Notes under the pieces: generated by a model
Told to the model about the DNA's origin: nothing
Seen by the model: the letters and a program-made list of their open reading frames with translations, nothing else
Database searches by the model: none
Assembly (NCBI GenBank): GCA_001794055.1
Contig: MGJB01000018.1
Coordinates: 1 to 49,304 of the forward strand
Direction of reading: 5' to 3'
Length of the DNA: 49,304 bases
DNA from: Candidatus Yanofskybacteria bacterium RIFCSPHIGHO2_01_FULL_41_26
GTDB lineage: Bacteria > Patescibacteriota > Minisyncoccia > 2-02-FULL-40-12 > GWA2-44-9
Made by a program: the position numbers and the translations under genes
Part shown: positions 35,589 through 45,215 of the stretch, piece after piece
Layout of the letters: every line of letters begins with the position of its first letter
Numbering within the stretch: the stretch's first letter is position 1

Positions 35589-36554
35589 ATGACTCTATTT
35601 CTTTCCAAGAACAGAGACATGCCGACTCTATCCCTAAAAGGTAGTGTTTGCGTGCCTCTGTTTTTATTTGTATTAGCTCTTTCACAACTAATCACTGCCC
35701 CTCTTTTTGCCCAAGACCTGCGCAACAGAACAGAAGAAATGTATCCCTTCGGCAAAATTATTATTTCTTCGGAATCATTACCAGATAAAGTTTACGAAGC
35801 TCAAAAAAATAAAATTCTGATTTCGGTAGTTTTTCTTGAAAAAGGAACCTCAAACATTATCACCAACTCTGTTGGAACGGGTTATGTAAGTGAAACTGCC
35901 GGTGTCATTGTTACTGCCCGCCATCTTCTAATGGAGATAATTCCTGAAATGGAAAAAGTTAAGGCGGAAAAAAGAAAGACAAATCCCCTGTTTGATTATG
36001 AGTATGTATTTATGGGTACCTTAATCACAAGTTCGGCGTGGACCAATTTTCCTCTTTACTTGGTGGCAATTGGAGAACAAGGGACACTCAAAGACATGAT
36101 GGTCCTAAAGACAGATGTTGCGACCATGGAAAAAGCCCGAAGAATTGGAAATTTTGCCAATCCAAACCCTTATGCAATATTGTTAAAGACTTCTAGGTTT
36201 AGTGATGCAAAGGTTGACGGAAGTAGGGTTTATATAAGCGGTTTTGGTCCTGTTACGGCCGGATACTTTGACAAAAATAACCGACCCGTTTCGGTTTTCG
36301 TGGATCTTATTAACCACACTTTTTCGGCAGAAATAGAAGCGCTTCTTCCAGAGATGCCAGAAAATAAAACCGGAGTTAAAATTATGTATAGACTGCGTGA
36401 CAGCGCCGAACCGGGATTTTCCGGCGGAAAAGTAATGAATGACCAAGGCCAGGTTATCGGTATGACCATAGCCGTATCTATTTCAAAAAATTTTGTTTTT
36501 GTTATTTCCTCCAAAGATATCAAAGAGTTTCTGAAAGATAACGGGCTTAAATAA
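35589..36554 (+). CDS. secreted trypsin-like (S1/DegP-like) serine protease without a PDZ domain
   Basis: Signal peptide ...LFLFVLALSQLITAPLFAQ. Triad context GVIVTARHLL (His), KDMMVLK (Asp), SAEPGFSGGKVMN (Ser). Start set at the ATG at 35589. Confidence 0.7.
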   Translation: MTLFLSKNRDMPTLSLKGSVCVPLFLFVLALSQLITAPLFAQDLRNRTEEMYPFGKIIISSESLPDKVYEAQKNKILISVVFLEKGTSNIITNSVGTGYVSETAGVIVTARHLLMEIIPEMEKVKAEKRKTNPLFDYEYVFMGTLITSSAWTNFPLYLVAIGEQGTLKDMMVLKTDVATMEKARRIGNFANPNPYAILLKTSRFSDAKVDGSRVYISGFGPVTAGYFDKNNRPVSVFVDLINHTFSAEIEALLPEMPENKTGVKIMYRLRDSAEPGFSGGKVMNDQGQVIGMTIAVSISKNFVFVISSKDIKEFLKDNGLK

Positions 36555-36562
36555 AAACCCTC

Positions 36563-37798
36563 TTAAGGGTTTTTTGTTATTAAATATTTCAAATAATACA
36601 GCGCTAGTGCAAAAAAAGATTTGACGGTTAACCAACATATTTTTAAATTGCTTTTGAATGAAGACATGCCATCTAGGGCATAAATTTTGTTTGACGGGAA
36701 CATGTTTGCTTGACTCCATCCATCTTCCCGAGCTTTTGCCAAAAGTTCGTCCGCGGCAAGAAGCGCCAAAACCATTTTTCCAGGATGCAGAGAATAAAAA
36801 TTTTCAAAACCATGTTTTTTGTGGTTCCAAATAACCGGACGCTGGGTATTGACAGCAAACGGCCTTACTCTGTATCCGGATTTCAGAAAGGAAATCTCCG
36901 GAACAACCCCATTAATCATGTCGGCGAAAACGGAATATAGTGGGCTTATATCGTCAGAACCGTTGGTCGGTCCAATTTGTACGTATCCGTTTTTTTGAAT
37001 ACACACAACATGTTTTTTGTCAGATCCGAAAGTAATAATCCCCGACCGGAGATAATTGCCGGAAATTTGTGCCTGAGCGCCAATATTTAATTTCATTGGC
37101 AAGGAAATGCCAAAAATTTTCCAGATATCGGGAATCCACGGACCGGCAGCATTAACAACGATATGAAATTTATCAATTCTGACAATGCAACCGCAGACGT
37201 CTGTTGCCACAATTTTATTAATTCGATTGCCAGCCACTTCGTAGTCGAGGATATCTTTGATGCTTACACTTTCAACATTCATATTGCCAACCGTTTCACG
37301 CATTTTTTCAAGAAGCTCAATTGGGTTAACGGTGAATTCCCAAAGGGCTAAGGCGCCATCAAAACGGCCCTTCCTTAGATTTGGTTCATTTTTTTCCAGA
37401 GTTGCTCGACTTATTCTGAAATAACCGCCTGGAAGTTGATTCAGCCTGGGAGCAGTTTCTCTATCATAAAAACTAAACAGGGCTTTGAATTTTTCCACGC
37501 TTTCAGGAAGATTTTGACAAATTGGAATCAAAAATAGTTGAGGTTTGACTATCTGGGGATTGAAGATTCCTCTCCAACGGCCACACTCATAAGCTGTTCT
37601 CTTGACTAATTCAAGGTCATGAAGCATATAATCGGAACGCGGAGCTAAGAATCCCGTAGCGGCATTTGTTGCTCCGGGAATATTTTTGCCGAGAATAACG
37701 CACTTTAAATTGTGTCTAGCTGCAACATAAGCCAAAGAAAGAGCTGAGATTCCATCGCCGATAATAACGACATCGGAACAGATATTAATTTGTCTCAT
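36563..37798 (-). CDS. FAD-dependent oxidoreductase (DAO / glycerol-3-phosphate dehydrogenase-like)
   Basis: N-terminal dinucleotide fold DVVIIGDGISALSLAYVAA...VILGK. C-terminal hydrophobic helix. Confidence 0.6.
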   Translation of the reverse strand: MRQINICSDVVIIGDGISALSLAYVAARHNLKCVILGKNIPGATNAATGFLAPRSDYMLHDLELVKRTAYECGRWRGIFNPQIVKPQLFLIPICQNLPESVEKFKALFSFYDRETAPRLNQLPGGYFRISRATLEKNEPNLRKGRFDGALALWEFTVNPIELLEKMRETVGNMNVESVSIKDILDYEVAGNRINKIVATDVCGCIVRIDKFHIVVNAAGPWIPDIWKIFGISLPMKLNIGAQAQISGNYLRSGIITFGSDKKHVVCIQKNGYVQIGPTNGSDDISPLYSVFADMINGVVPEISFLKSGYRVRPFAVNTQRPVIWNHKKHGFENFYSLHPGKMVLALLAADELLAKAREDGWSQANMFPSNKIYALDGMSSFKSNLKICWLTVKSFFALALYYLKYLITKNP

Positions 37799-37802
37799 TT
37801 AA

Positions 37803-39059
37803 CTATGCAATCAGTTTGTTTATTTTGGGAACAGCATCCCAACCGGCTTTCCATCCAATATTCATTCCCTCCAACATTTGCTCTTGAGTAAAGTCGCTAA
37901 AATGAGCATCGGGTATAGGATCGGAACTGATAAAAAGAAAATTTATTCTTTTTTTCTTAGCATAAGATAATTTACGCATAGTTTCTTTAATATCTCTGAT
38001 ATGTTGTCTTATTATCTGCTTGCTCGTACTGTCTAACCATGGATAGTAGAGTAATTCTTCAATTCTTTTCAAGCTTTCTCTTTGTTTTGCCAATTCTCCA
38101 AGATCGTTGTTTACTCTCAAATAGCCGAGAATGGTTTTTCGGGAATTTTCAGATACTGTGATGTCAAAACAACGGCTTAAAAGCTCAACCCAATTTTTAA
38201 ATAATCTCTCCATGGGCCCTTCTGCCTTGGAATTATAGTGGAGAACCACCATGTTGGAGTATCCTTCCTTAACAGCAAAATGAACAGGGAGATTGCTCAA
38301 AGCCGCAGTATCAACTATCTGGCCATCGCCGTCGTGTTTTCCGGAATTAATGTGGCCAAATACCCGAAGCCCGTTAATCCCACCCTCAACATATCTTAGA
38401 TTTCTTAATTTTATTTCCAAGTTAACATCTTCCGGCCGGAAGTTGGTAACGGAAACCCAACCCTGATTTTGCCACCCATTCAAATAAAGAGGCGGATCGG
38501 AAAGAATTTGATCAAGTGTCCAACCGGCCGTATTTAAATTTACCGCCGGCACTTCTATTTTTATAGGTGAATTAAAAATCCGGTCAAATTTCAAAGTGTT
38601 AAGCAAAAGTTTTCGAAGATTGTCATAAACAAGAAGAGATTCAACTGAAAAAATATCTTTTACGCCCTTCTCGATTATTTTGTAGGCTGGAAACCCCAGT
38701 GCCAATAAAGCCGCATGACTTGTCAATGGATTTCTTATCCTGCCAGTCTCATGAGCTGCGATCAATAATCCTGCAATCGATAAAAAATCAATTACTGCTT
38801 TTTTTCTAAAATTCGGGTGCAGACTTACAAAATGTTTTTTTCTCAAACTGATTAATCTTTCTTCAAATTCTTTATGATCTTCTTCCGATCTTTGGATATA
38901 AATAGATGCCGGAATAAATGAGACTGAACTGGTGGCTACGAAAGAGGGGTCTTGCTCCAGCAGTCCTTGTGATGCTGCATTACGGAGAGCGTGTAAAGTT
39001 CCAGCGTGAGGCCCTAACCGGGGATACGTACCAGGAAGACACAAAGCATATTCTTGCAT
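37803..39059 (-). CDS. hypothetical protein, possibly a divergent patatin-like phospholipase
   Basis: By eye: CLPGTYPRLGPHAGTLHAL compared with the patatin GGGxxG...H.G.L.AL block, ATSSVS compared with GxSxG, and VDTAALSNLPV compared with DGG..N.P. The motifs are degenerate. Confidence 0.35.
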   Translation of the reverse strand: MQEYALCLPGTYPRLGPHAGTLHALRNAASQGLLEQDPSFVATSSVSFIPASIYIQRSEEDHKEFEERLISLRKKHFVSLHPNFRKKAVIDFLSIAGLLIAAHETGRIRNPLTSHAALLALGFPAYKIIEKGVKDIFSVESLLVYDNLRKLLLNTLKFDRIFNSPIKIEVPAVNLNTAGWTLDQILSDPPLYLNGWQNQGWVSVTNFRPEDVNLEIKLRNLRYVEGGINGLRVFGHINSGKHDGDGQIVDTAALSNLPVHFAVKEGYSNMVVLHYNSKAEGPMERLFKNWVELLSRCFDITVSENSRKTILGYLRVNNDLGELAKQRESLKRIEELLYYPWLDSTSKQIIRQHIRDIKETMRKLSYAKKKRINFLFISSDPIPDAHFSDFTQEQMLEGMNIGWKAGWDAVPKINKLIA

Positions 39060-39117
39060 AGAGTCCTCTTGTCAAAGAACCTATATACCCTATCTATATT
39101 CTTAAAAAATTAGCTTG

Positions 39118-39156
39118 TCAAAACTAAAACCCCATTCTGATGGGGTTTTAGTTTTT
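39118..39156 (-). terminator. symmetric hairpin terminator after hup
   Basis: 14-bp perfect stem aactaaaaccccat / atggggttttagtt (39122-39153), with U-rich tracts in both orientations. Confidence 0.65.
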
Positions 39157-39176
39157 AATATCTCGAGATACTAAAT

Positions 39177-39455
39177 TTACTTGATAGCTTCTTTCAATAA
39201 CTTACCTGGGGTAAATCTTGGTTTCTTGGAAGCGGCAATATGAATGGTCTCGCCGGTTCTTGGATTTCGACCTTCTCTGGCTTTCCTGTCGGAAACTTTA
39301 AAGATGCCAAATCCGGTTATGTTGACCTTGTCGCCTGATCTCATGACTTTGGTGACCTCATCGACAAAAGCGTCTAACCACTCTAGACCCTGTTTTTTGG
39401 TGACTCCCATTTTTTCGGCGAGTCTACCCGCTAATTCAACTTTTTTTACTGGCAT
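39177..39455 (-). CDS. hup: HU/IHF family DNA-binding protein
   Basis: GFGIFKVSDRKAREGRNPRTGETIHIAASKKPRFTPGKLLKEAI; 92 aa. Confidence 0.9.
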   Translation of the reverse strand: MPVKKVELAGRLAEKMGVTKKQGLEWLDAFVDEVTKVMRSGDKVNITGFGIFKVSDRKAREGRNPRTGETIHIAASKKPRFTPGKLLKEAIK

Positions 39456-39687
39456 ATTTTTATAATTCTAATTTAATTGCTTATTTTAAATAAATTCTAA
39501 TCGACCGTTAGAATTCCTACACTTTTTCCAATTATCAAGGTTTTATGTGAAAAAATCAAGCACCCCCTGTGGAAAGACCCAATTTCCGCAGGGCCGTGGT
39601 TGGATGGGGAATATGTCTTGAGATTTACTGGATCTTCTTAGGTAGTATTAGATTTATCCTTGAATCTTAGCATTGACTAATACTGAC

Positions 39688-39717
39688 AGCCCGCGGAAAC
39701 GCGGGCTTTAAATTTTA
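39688..39717 (+). terminator. plus-strand terminator-like hairpin with no annotated plus-strand gene
   Basis: agcccgcg-gaaa-cgcgggct (GNRA loop) followed by ttaaatttt. There is no T-run in the minus orientation. Confidence 0.4.
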
Positions 39718-39724
39718 AAAAATT

Positions 39725-39832
39725 GAGCGACACCTAATCCCAAAGAAGAACGTTCGGAGGCTACCCCGGGCCGAGAGAGAGCAAAAAATCAGAATATTTT
39801 TATGCGGTCTGATTTGGGATGAGGTGGAGCGA
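39725..39832 (+). repeat. 108-nt hairpin repeat family, copy 2
   Basis: Differs from copy 3 at only two positions by eye (gagcgacacctaatc[ct]caaagaagaacgttcggaggctaccccgggccgagagagagcaaaaaatcagaatatttttatgcggtctgatttgggatgaggt[ga]gagcga). Ends 4 nt from the rny stop codon. Confidence 0.85.
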
Positions 39833-39836
39833 TAAA

Positions 39837-41369
39837 TTATCTGGCGTATTCTATCGCTCTTGTCTCCCTAATAACATTTACCCTTATCTCTCCGGGATAC
39901 TTCATTTCTTCTTCTATTTTTTTGGCAATATCTTTTGCCATCTTGAGTGCGCTCAAATCGTCAATTTTAGTTGGTGTAACAAATATTCTCAATTCTCTTC
40001 CGGCCTGAATGGCATATGATTTTTCAACTCCGTCAAATGACCCGGCAATCCTTTCCAAATCCTCAAGCCGTTTCAGATAAATTTCAACCGTATCTTTTCT
40101 CGCTCCGGGCCTTGCTCCCGAGATAGCATCAGCCGCCGTGACTATCCTTGCTTCTAAAATTGCATAAGGATATTCATCGTGATGGGCCTCCATTGCGAGA
40201 ATGGCTTTTGGATCTACTCCAAACTTTGAAAGTAATTTTCTACCTATTTCCACATGGGTTCCTTGGACTTCGTGATCCACGGCTTTGCCTATGTCGTGAA
40301 ACAAGGCACCTTTTTTAGCAATAGAAACATCGGCACCCAACTCGGCTGCAAGCATCCCAGCAATGTGGGTCATCTCAACTGAGTGAAGCAAAACATTCTG
40401 CCCAAAACTTGTTCTGAATGCCAGCCGGCCAAGCAAGTATGTAAGCTTCGGGTCTACCGGACCTACTCCTGTTTCAAAAAGCGCCGCTTCCCCCGCTTCT
40501 TTAATTTTTTCGTTTATTTCATTCTTGGCTTTTTCCACCATTTCCTCAATTTTTGCCGGATGAATTCTACCGTCAGCTATCAGCTTATCAATGGCTAATT
40601 TGGCTATTTGGCGCCTGACCGGATCAAATCCTGATACAACAAGAGCTTCCGGAGTATCATCAATTATAATATCTACTCCGGTCAGTCTTTCTATTGCCTT
40701 AATATTTCTCCCTTCTTTACCGATGATTTTCCCCTTCACTTCATCTGAAGGCAAACTTACAACTGTGGTCATAGCATCGGCTATTTGGGAAGATGCATAT
40801 CTTTGAATAGCCATGGTCACTATTTCTCTGGCCTTTTTTTCAAGTTCCTCCCGATTCTCATTATCAAGCTTCTTCATTAATTTATACAAATCATCTTTGT
40901 ATTCTTCTTCTGTTTTATTGACCAGTTCAATTTTAGCTTTTTCTCTGTCCAATCCGGATATTCTTTCGAGTTCCTTTAACTGTTTCTCTCTTGATTGTTC
41001 AAGTTCGCTTTTGAGGCTAGTTAACTCAATCGCTCTATGTTTAAGAGTTTCTTTTTCTGAAGAAAGTTCTTTTCCTTTTTGATCAAGTTCACTTTCTTTT
41101 TTAGTTAAAATATTTTCTATCCTTGAAAGCTGAGAGTTCCTCTCCTTTTCTTCTTTTTTGGCTTCTTCGAGTATCTTAAAAGCATTATTCTTGGCTTCGA
41201 GAATTAAATCTTGAGCCTTTGCTTTTGAATCTGCTAGTACTGCTTCCGCCCTTGATTCGGCAAGGTTGGTTTTTCTACTGGAAACTAAATGCCTGATGAG
41301 ATAACCGATTACTAATCCTGGAAGTAACGCCGAAACTGCCGTTATCAACGGGCTTAAACCTGAAAACAT
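39837..41369 (-). CDS. rny: ribonuclease Y
   Basis: N-terminal TM segment, long coiled coil, KH domain (GKIIGKEGRNIKAIE), HD domain (LFHDIGKAVDHE). Confidence 0.9.
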   Translation of the reverse strand: MFSGLSPLITAVSALLPGLVIGYLIRHLVSSRKTNLAESRAEAVLADSKAKAQDLILEAKNNAFKILEEAKKEEKERNSQLSRIENILTKKESELDQKGKELSSEKETLKHRAIELTSLKSELEQSREKQLKELERISGLDREKAKIELVNKTEEEYKDDLYKLMKKLDNENREELEKKAREIVTMAIQRYASSQIADAMTTVVSLPSDEVKGKIIGKEGRNIKAIERLTGVDIIIDDTPEALVVSGFDPVRRQIAKLAIDKLIADGRIHPAKIEEMVEKAKNEINEKIKEAGEAALFETGVGPVDPKLTYLLGRLAFRTSFGQNVLLHSVEMTHIAGMLAAELGADVSIAKKGALFHDIGKAVDHEVQGTHVEIGRKLLSKFGVDPKAILAMEAHHDEYPYAILEARIVTAADAISGARPGARKDTVEIYLKRLEDLERIAGSFDGVEKSYAIQAGRELRIFVTPTKIDDLSALKMAKDIAKKIEEEMKYPGEIRVNVIRETRAIEYAR

Positions 41370-41706
41370 ATTGTTTGAAAGTTAAGTAGTAGTCCATGTT
41401 CACTTTTGTGAAACTTATCCGCGCGCCGTCGTCAAAGCCTTTGGCGACGTACGACTACAGAACTAAAGATTAAAATTATAACTAACGTAAATATTGTACC
41501 AAACATCATGGTTTTTTGCAAACTTGTCGCTTAACCCTAACCCATTCTCGGGCACGGCATAAATTCTTGCTAGAATTTTGCCTCGTACTCGTTCCAGTCG
41601 AACCCCGTAAGTCCCTCTAATGGATTAGGGGTTCGCTCCAATATAGATTGGCAACGGAAGACACCTTACAGCTAATACCAGTCGCCAAGATTAATTTTTC
41701 TATCGA

Positions 41707-41737
41707 GCCCACAAATTTGTGGGCCTTTAATTTCTTT
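41707..41737 (+). terminator. plus-strand terminator-like perfect palindrome upstream of gpmI
   Basis: gcccacaaatttgtgggc (18-nt perfect palindrome) followed by ctttaatttcttt. Confidence 0.35.
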
Positions 41738-41782
41738 AAAGGCGCAGCCTCAACATTTTTTGTCTTTTGTAAATTAATAAAT

Positions 41783-41890
41783 GAGCGACACCTAATCTCA
41801 AAGAAGAACGTTCGGAGGCTACCCCGGGCCGAGAGAGAGCAAAAAATCAGAATATTTTTATGCGGTCTGATTTGGGATGAGGTAGAGCGA
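41783..41890 (+). repeat. 108-nt hairpin repeat family, copy 3
   Basis: See copy 2. Lies 38 nt upstream of the gpmI start. Confidence 0.85.
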
Positions 41891-41912
41891 CTTTCGTGGT
41901 TCGATAAATTTT

Positions 41913-41921
41913 TGGTATAAT
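41913..41921 (+). promoter_or_regulatory. extended -10 element (TGgTATAAT) 6 nt upstream of the gpmI ATG
   Basis: tggtataat at 41913-41921 and ATG at 41928. No Shine-Dalgarno sequence is possible in the 6-nt gap. Confidence 0.35.
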
Positions 41922-41927
41922 AATTTC

Positions 41928-43469
41928 ATGCGGCCAGTGGTTCTCACAATTTTGGACGGATGGGGATATTCAAAACAAACGCATGGCAATGCTGTTTTAA
42001 ATGCGAAAACACCCAATATTGATTTTATTCAGCAGAACTTTCCTTCTCTGCTTCTTCAGGCCTCCGGAAAAGCCGCTGGCATGACTTGGGGAGAACCGGG
42101 AAACAGCGAAGTCGGTCATCTTACAATCGGAGCCGGAAGGATTATTTTTCAATATTTATCCAGAATAAATAAAACTATTGATGACGATAGTTTTTTCTCA
42201 AATGAAATTCTGAATAAGGCAATCAGCCATACTCATGAAAATAATTCAATTCTTCATTTGGTCGGTCTTCTGACATCCGGTTCTGTTCATGCATATCTTG
42301 CCCACCTCTTTGCTCTTATAGACCTGGCCAAGCGAAACAATGTAACAAATCTTAAAATTCATCTTTTTACTGACGGGAAGGATTCCGGTTTGAAAGAAGC
42401 TCCTATACTTGTCAAAAAAGTTGAAGATTATTTATCCCAGACAGGTATCGGACATATTTCGACGATTATGGGCCGGGATTTTGCCATGGATAGAAGCAAA
42501 AACTGGGATTTGACTCAAATGGCATATCAACTTTTGACAACCGGTATTGGAGAAAAAACTACGGATATTTATAAAAAGCTTGATGAGTATTATTCACTAG
42601 ATTATAACGATTCAAAAATTCCTCCCACAGTAGTCAATGCCACCGGAATTATTCAAGAAAATGACGCGCTGATATTTTTTAATTTCAGAGAAGACAGCAT
42701 GAGACAGCTTGTTGAATCTTTTATAAATCAAGGATTTGATATCTTCCAGACCAAAAAATTAAACAATCTTTATGTGGCCTCCCTGACCCAGTATTTTGAG
42801 AATCCAAATCTTCACGTCGCCTTCCCTGTTTCCGAGCTAAAAAACGGGCTTGCCGAAATGTTAAGCAAAAACAATAAAAAACAATTCCACATAGCTGAAA
42901 CGGAAAAATACGCTCATGTAACTTACTTCTTCAATTGTCTGAAAAGTCTGCCTTTCGATGGCGAGACAGATTTTATTGTTGAATCCGCAAAAAATTCCCT
43001 TGAAAATCCCGAAATGAAAGCTGGAGATATGGTAGAAAGAGTTTTGTCAGAGCTGGATCGATATGATTTTTGTGTAATCAATTTTGCAAATGCGGATACC
43101 TTGTCCCATTTTGGAAATCTCGAGGTTGCCGTACAGGGAATTCAAGCAATAGATAAGGCTGTGGGTAGAATACAATCAGCAATATTGGAAAAGGGCGGAC
43201 TAATGCTCGTAACAGCCGATCATGGCAACGCGGAATCGCTTACCTATCAATCATCCGGAGAAAAAGAAACTAAACACAACAACAATCCGGTACCGTTTTA
43301 TTTAATAGGTAAAGAATTCGAACGCCGCAGATCAGATGACGAGATCGAGTCGGCAATGAAACAACCTACCGGTTTGTTGGCTGATATCGCGCCTACAATC
43401 CTAGAGCTCATGGGCATAGAAAAACCGACCGAAATGACAGGGGAAAGTCTCTTGGACATTCTTCATTAA
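41928..43469 (+). CDS. gpmI: 2,3-bisphosphoglycerate-independent phosphoglycerate mutase
   Basis: MRPVVLTILDGWGY, GNSEVGHLTIGAGR, TADHGNAE; full length (513 aa). Confidence 0.9.
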   Translation: MRPVVLTILDGWGYSKQTHGNAVLNAKTPNIDFIQQNFPSLLLQASGKAAGMTWGEPGNSEVGHLTIGAGRIIFQYLSRINKTIDDDSFFSNEILNKAISHTHENNSILHLVGLLTSGSVHAYLAHLFALIDLAKRNNVTNLKIHLFTDGKDSGLKEAPILVKKVEDYLSQTGIGHISTIMGRDFAMDRSKNWDLTQMAYQLLTTGIGEKTTDIYKKLDEYYSLDYNDSKIPPTVVNATGIIQENDALIFFNFREDSMRQLVESFINQGFDIFQTKKLNNLYVASLTQYFENPNLHVAFPVSELKNGLAEMLSKNNKKQFHIAETEKYAHVTYFFNCLKSLPFDGETDFIVESAKNSLENPEMKAGDMVERVLSELDRYDFCVINFANADTLSHFGNLEVAVQGIQAIDKAVGRIQSAILEKGGLMLVTADHGNAESLTYQSSGEKETKHNNNPVPFYLIGKEFERRRSDDEIESAMKQPTGLLADIAPTILELMGIEKPTEMTGESLLDILH

Positions 43470-43486
43470 TATGATAATTATTAATC

Positions 43487-44803
43487 ATGGATAAAAAAGA
43501 AGCGCCAGCGTCAGGTTTTAATCCAGAAAAAACAAAAAAGCAACCGGAAGAAAGTGTGGTTGATTTAGACTCGGAAACTTTGAAATTTTTAGAATCCCAC
43601 TCAAATCTTTACTTCTTTTTCCCGGAGAAAGAACTTCAGGAAATAAGAAAGTTTGTTAAGACACTGCCTTCCGACCTTCAATCTTCGGCAAGAAGAGCAC
43701 TGATTGAAAACTTTAAAAAGAAATTAGAAGAGAGCAAAAAAAAATCAGCCCAAGTTCAAGCTGAAATAGAAACTTTTATAAGAAACGGTCCCACCAGATC
43801 TATTGCAGAAATAAAAGAAGAATTGAACAGAATTATAACCTCGACTGGTTTAAGTGCTTATTATGCGGATTTTATGATAGCCGTAGATAAATTTTTGGAC
43901 GCACGAACCATTGTTTTTGGAGTAGTCAATAAATATTGGTCCAATTTTAAAGAGAAGTGGCAAGAAAATCTGTTTCGTGATTTATTCGGTTTTATTCCCA
44001 GAGGCAGAATTTTTGTTGAAGTTCTGCCGGCCAGCATTTATATAAAAATTTATGACTTAGAAGATTTCGTTTCCGTCTATTTATCTTTTCCTAACACCAC
44101 CGAGATTTCGGCTAGAAACTCTGGCGGGGCAAAACTTGCTACACCGCCCAAAAACCTACCTGAACTGAAAGATAAAGTGATAATAGAAAATAGCGCCTTA
44201 ACCCCTCCCGCTTTGTCGGGGCAAATAAAAACACACGAAGAAGAACATACTGTTTTTGATTATTATGATCCGGCACTAAGTTTGGGTCGAGTACCAAACA
44301 TGGTAAGACAGACCGACTCTCTGGTCAACAAAACACGCGGTGAGATTGATTACGTTAAATTTATAAACATTCTCGATCGTTGGGCGCTTACTTGGGTTTT
44401 GAATTGGGAATCTCTAGCCAAAGATGAGGCCTTAGCTTATTTGAAGGATGGCCGAAACCCTTACACTATTTTAGATCTACTGAAGGACGACAAAGGTTTG
44501 TATAATTATTTTCAAGGACATGTAGAAGAATTTCGAAACAGAATTTTGAGATTTGTCCGTATAAATCAAATCGGTATAAAAGATAGGGTTTTATCGACAA
44601 CCGATATATCAAACCTGGCCCACGAAACTCTTTTGAAGGGCTGGGTTAGTAAATATAAAAAAGATTTGAACACAGCGCTTCTAGCTGTAGCAAGACTTTT
44701 TAGAAGATACCAAAATTCACCCGAGGACAAGTTAAAAATAATCCGACTCTTAAGCCAAGAACCTCTTAACAAATGGCCCAGACTAGAAAAAATATTAGGC
44801 TAA
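43487..44803 (+). CDS. hypothetical protein (438 aa)
   Basis: ATG ORF 17 nt after gpmI; no motif recognised. Confidence 0.6.
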   Translation: MDKKEAPASGFNPEKTKKQPEESVVDLDSETLKFLESHSNLYFFFPEKELQEIRKFVKTLPSDLQSSARRALIENFKKKLEESKKKSAQVQAEIETFIRNGPTRSIAEIKEELNRIITSTGLSAYYADFMIAVDKFLDARTIVFGVVNKYWSNFKEKWQENLFRDLFGFIPRGRIFVEVLPASIYIKIYDLEDFVSVYLSFPNTTEISARNSGGAKLATPPKNLPELKDKVIIENSALTPPALSGQIKTHEEEHTVFDYYDPALSLGRVPNMVRQTDSLVNKTRGEIDYVKFINILDRWALTWVLNWESLAKDEALAYLKDGRNPYTILDLLKDDKGLYNYFQGHVEEFRNRILRFVRINQIGIKDRVLSTTDISNLAHETLLKGWVSKYKKDLNTALLAVARLFRRYQNSPEDKLKIIRLLSQEPLNKWPRLEKILG

Positions 44804-44879
44804 AATTCCCCGGGTTTTGTCTTATAGAGCCAACTTGTTGATCTGAGTATATACCCCTTCGACAAGCTTGGAAACAAAA

Positions 44880-45203
44880 TCATGTTTGTCGATCATTTTT
44901 GCTCTTAAAAAGTGACCGATAACCCGATTTGTTGTTTTCCCGAACAAAACCTCTACTTTTCAAAGCTTTTAGTGTCTCCTCAAGTTCATCAATCCTCTCA
45001 GTAATTTTTTCTGAAACTAAGGCTATTGTCTCCTCAGAATTTATCATTTTACTGTGTAATAAAATTTGCAGGGCGGCGTCTGCTTTTTTAAGATCATCTA
45101 GATCTTCTGTAAATTCTCTGAAAAATTGGTCAGTTTCAATATCTATTACATCTCCGCTGTCTTTTTCTTTAGGATAAAATGCTTTTTCTCTTTCCATGGC
45201 CAT
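44880..45203 (-). CDS. hypothetical acidic coiled-coil protein (107 aa)
   Basis: ATG ORF 12 nt downstream of mnmA on the same strand. Confidence 0.45.
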   Translation of the reverse strand: MAMEREKAFYPKEKDSGDVIDIETDQFFREFTEDLDDLKKADAALQILLHSKMINSEETIALVSEKITERIDELEETLKALKSRGFVRENNKSGYRSLFKSKNDRQT

Positions 45204-45215
45204 AATGTCAGATTA

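Noticed and set aside
41648-41920. 90-aa ORF upstream of gpmI, and the 64-aa ORF 21380..21574
   Set aside because: Both are read-throughs of the 108-nt repeat. They share the peptide KKNVRRLPRAE.EQKIR.FLCGL only because the DNA repeat is shared. There is no start context and they cross hairpins and a terminator-like palindrome.
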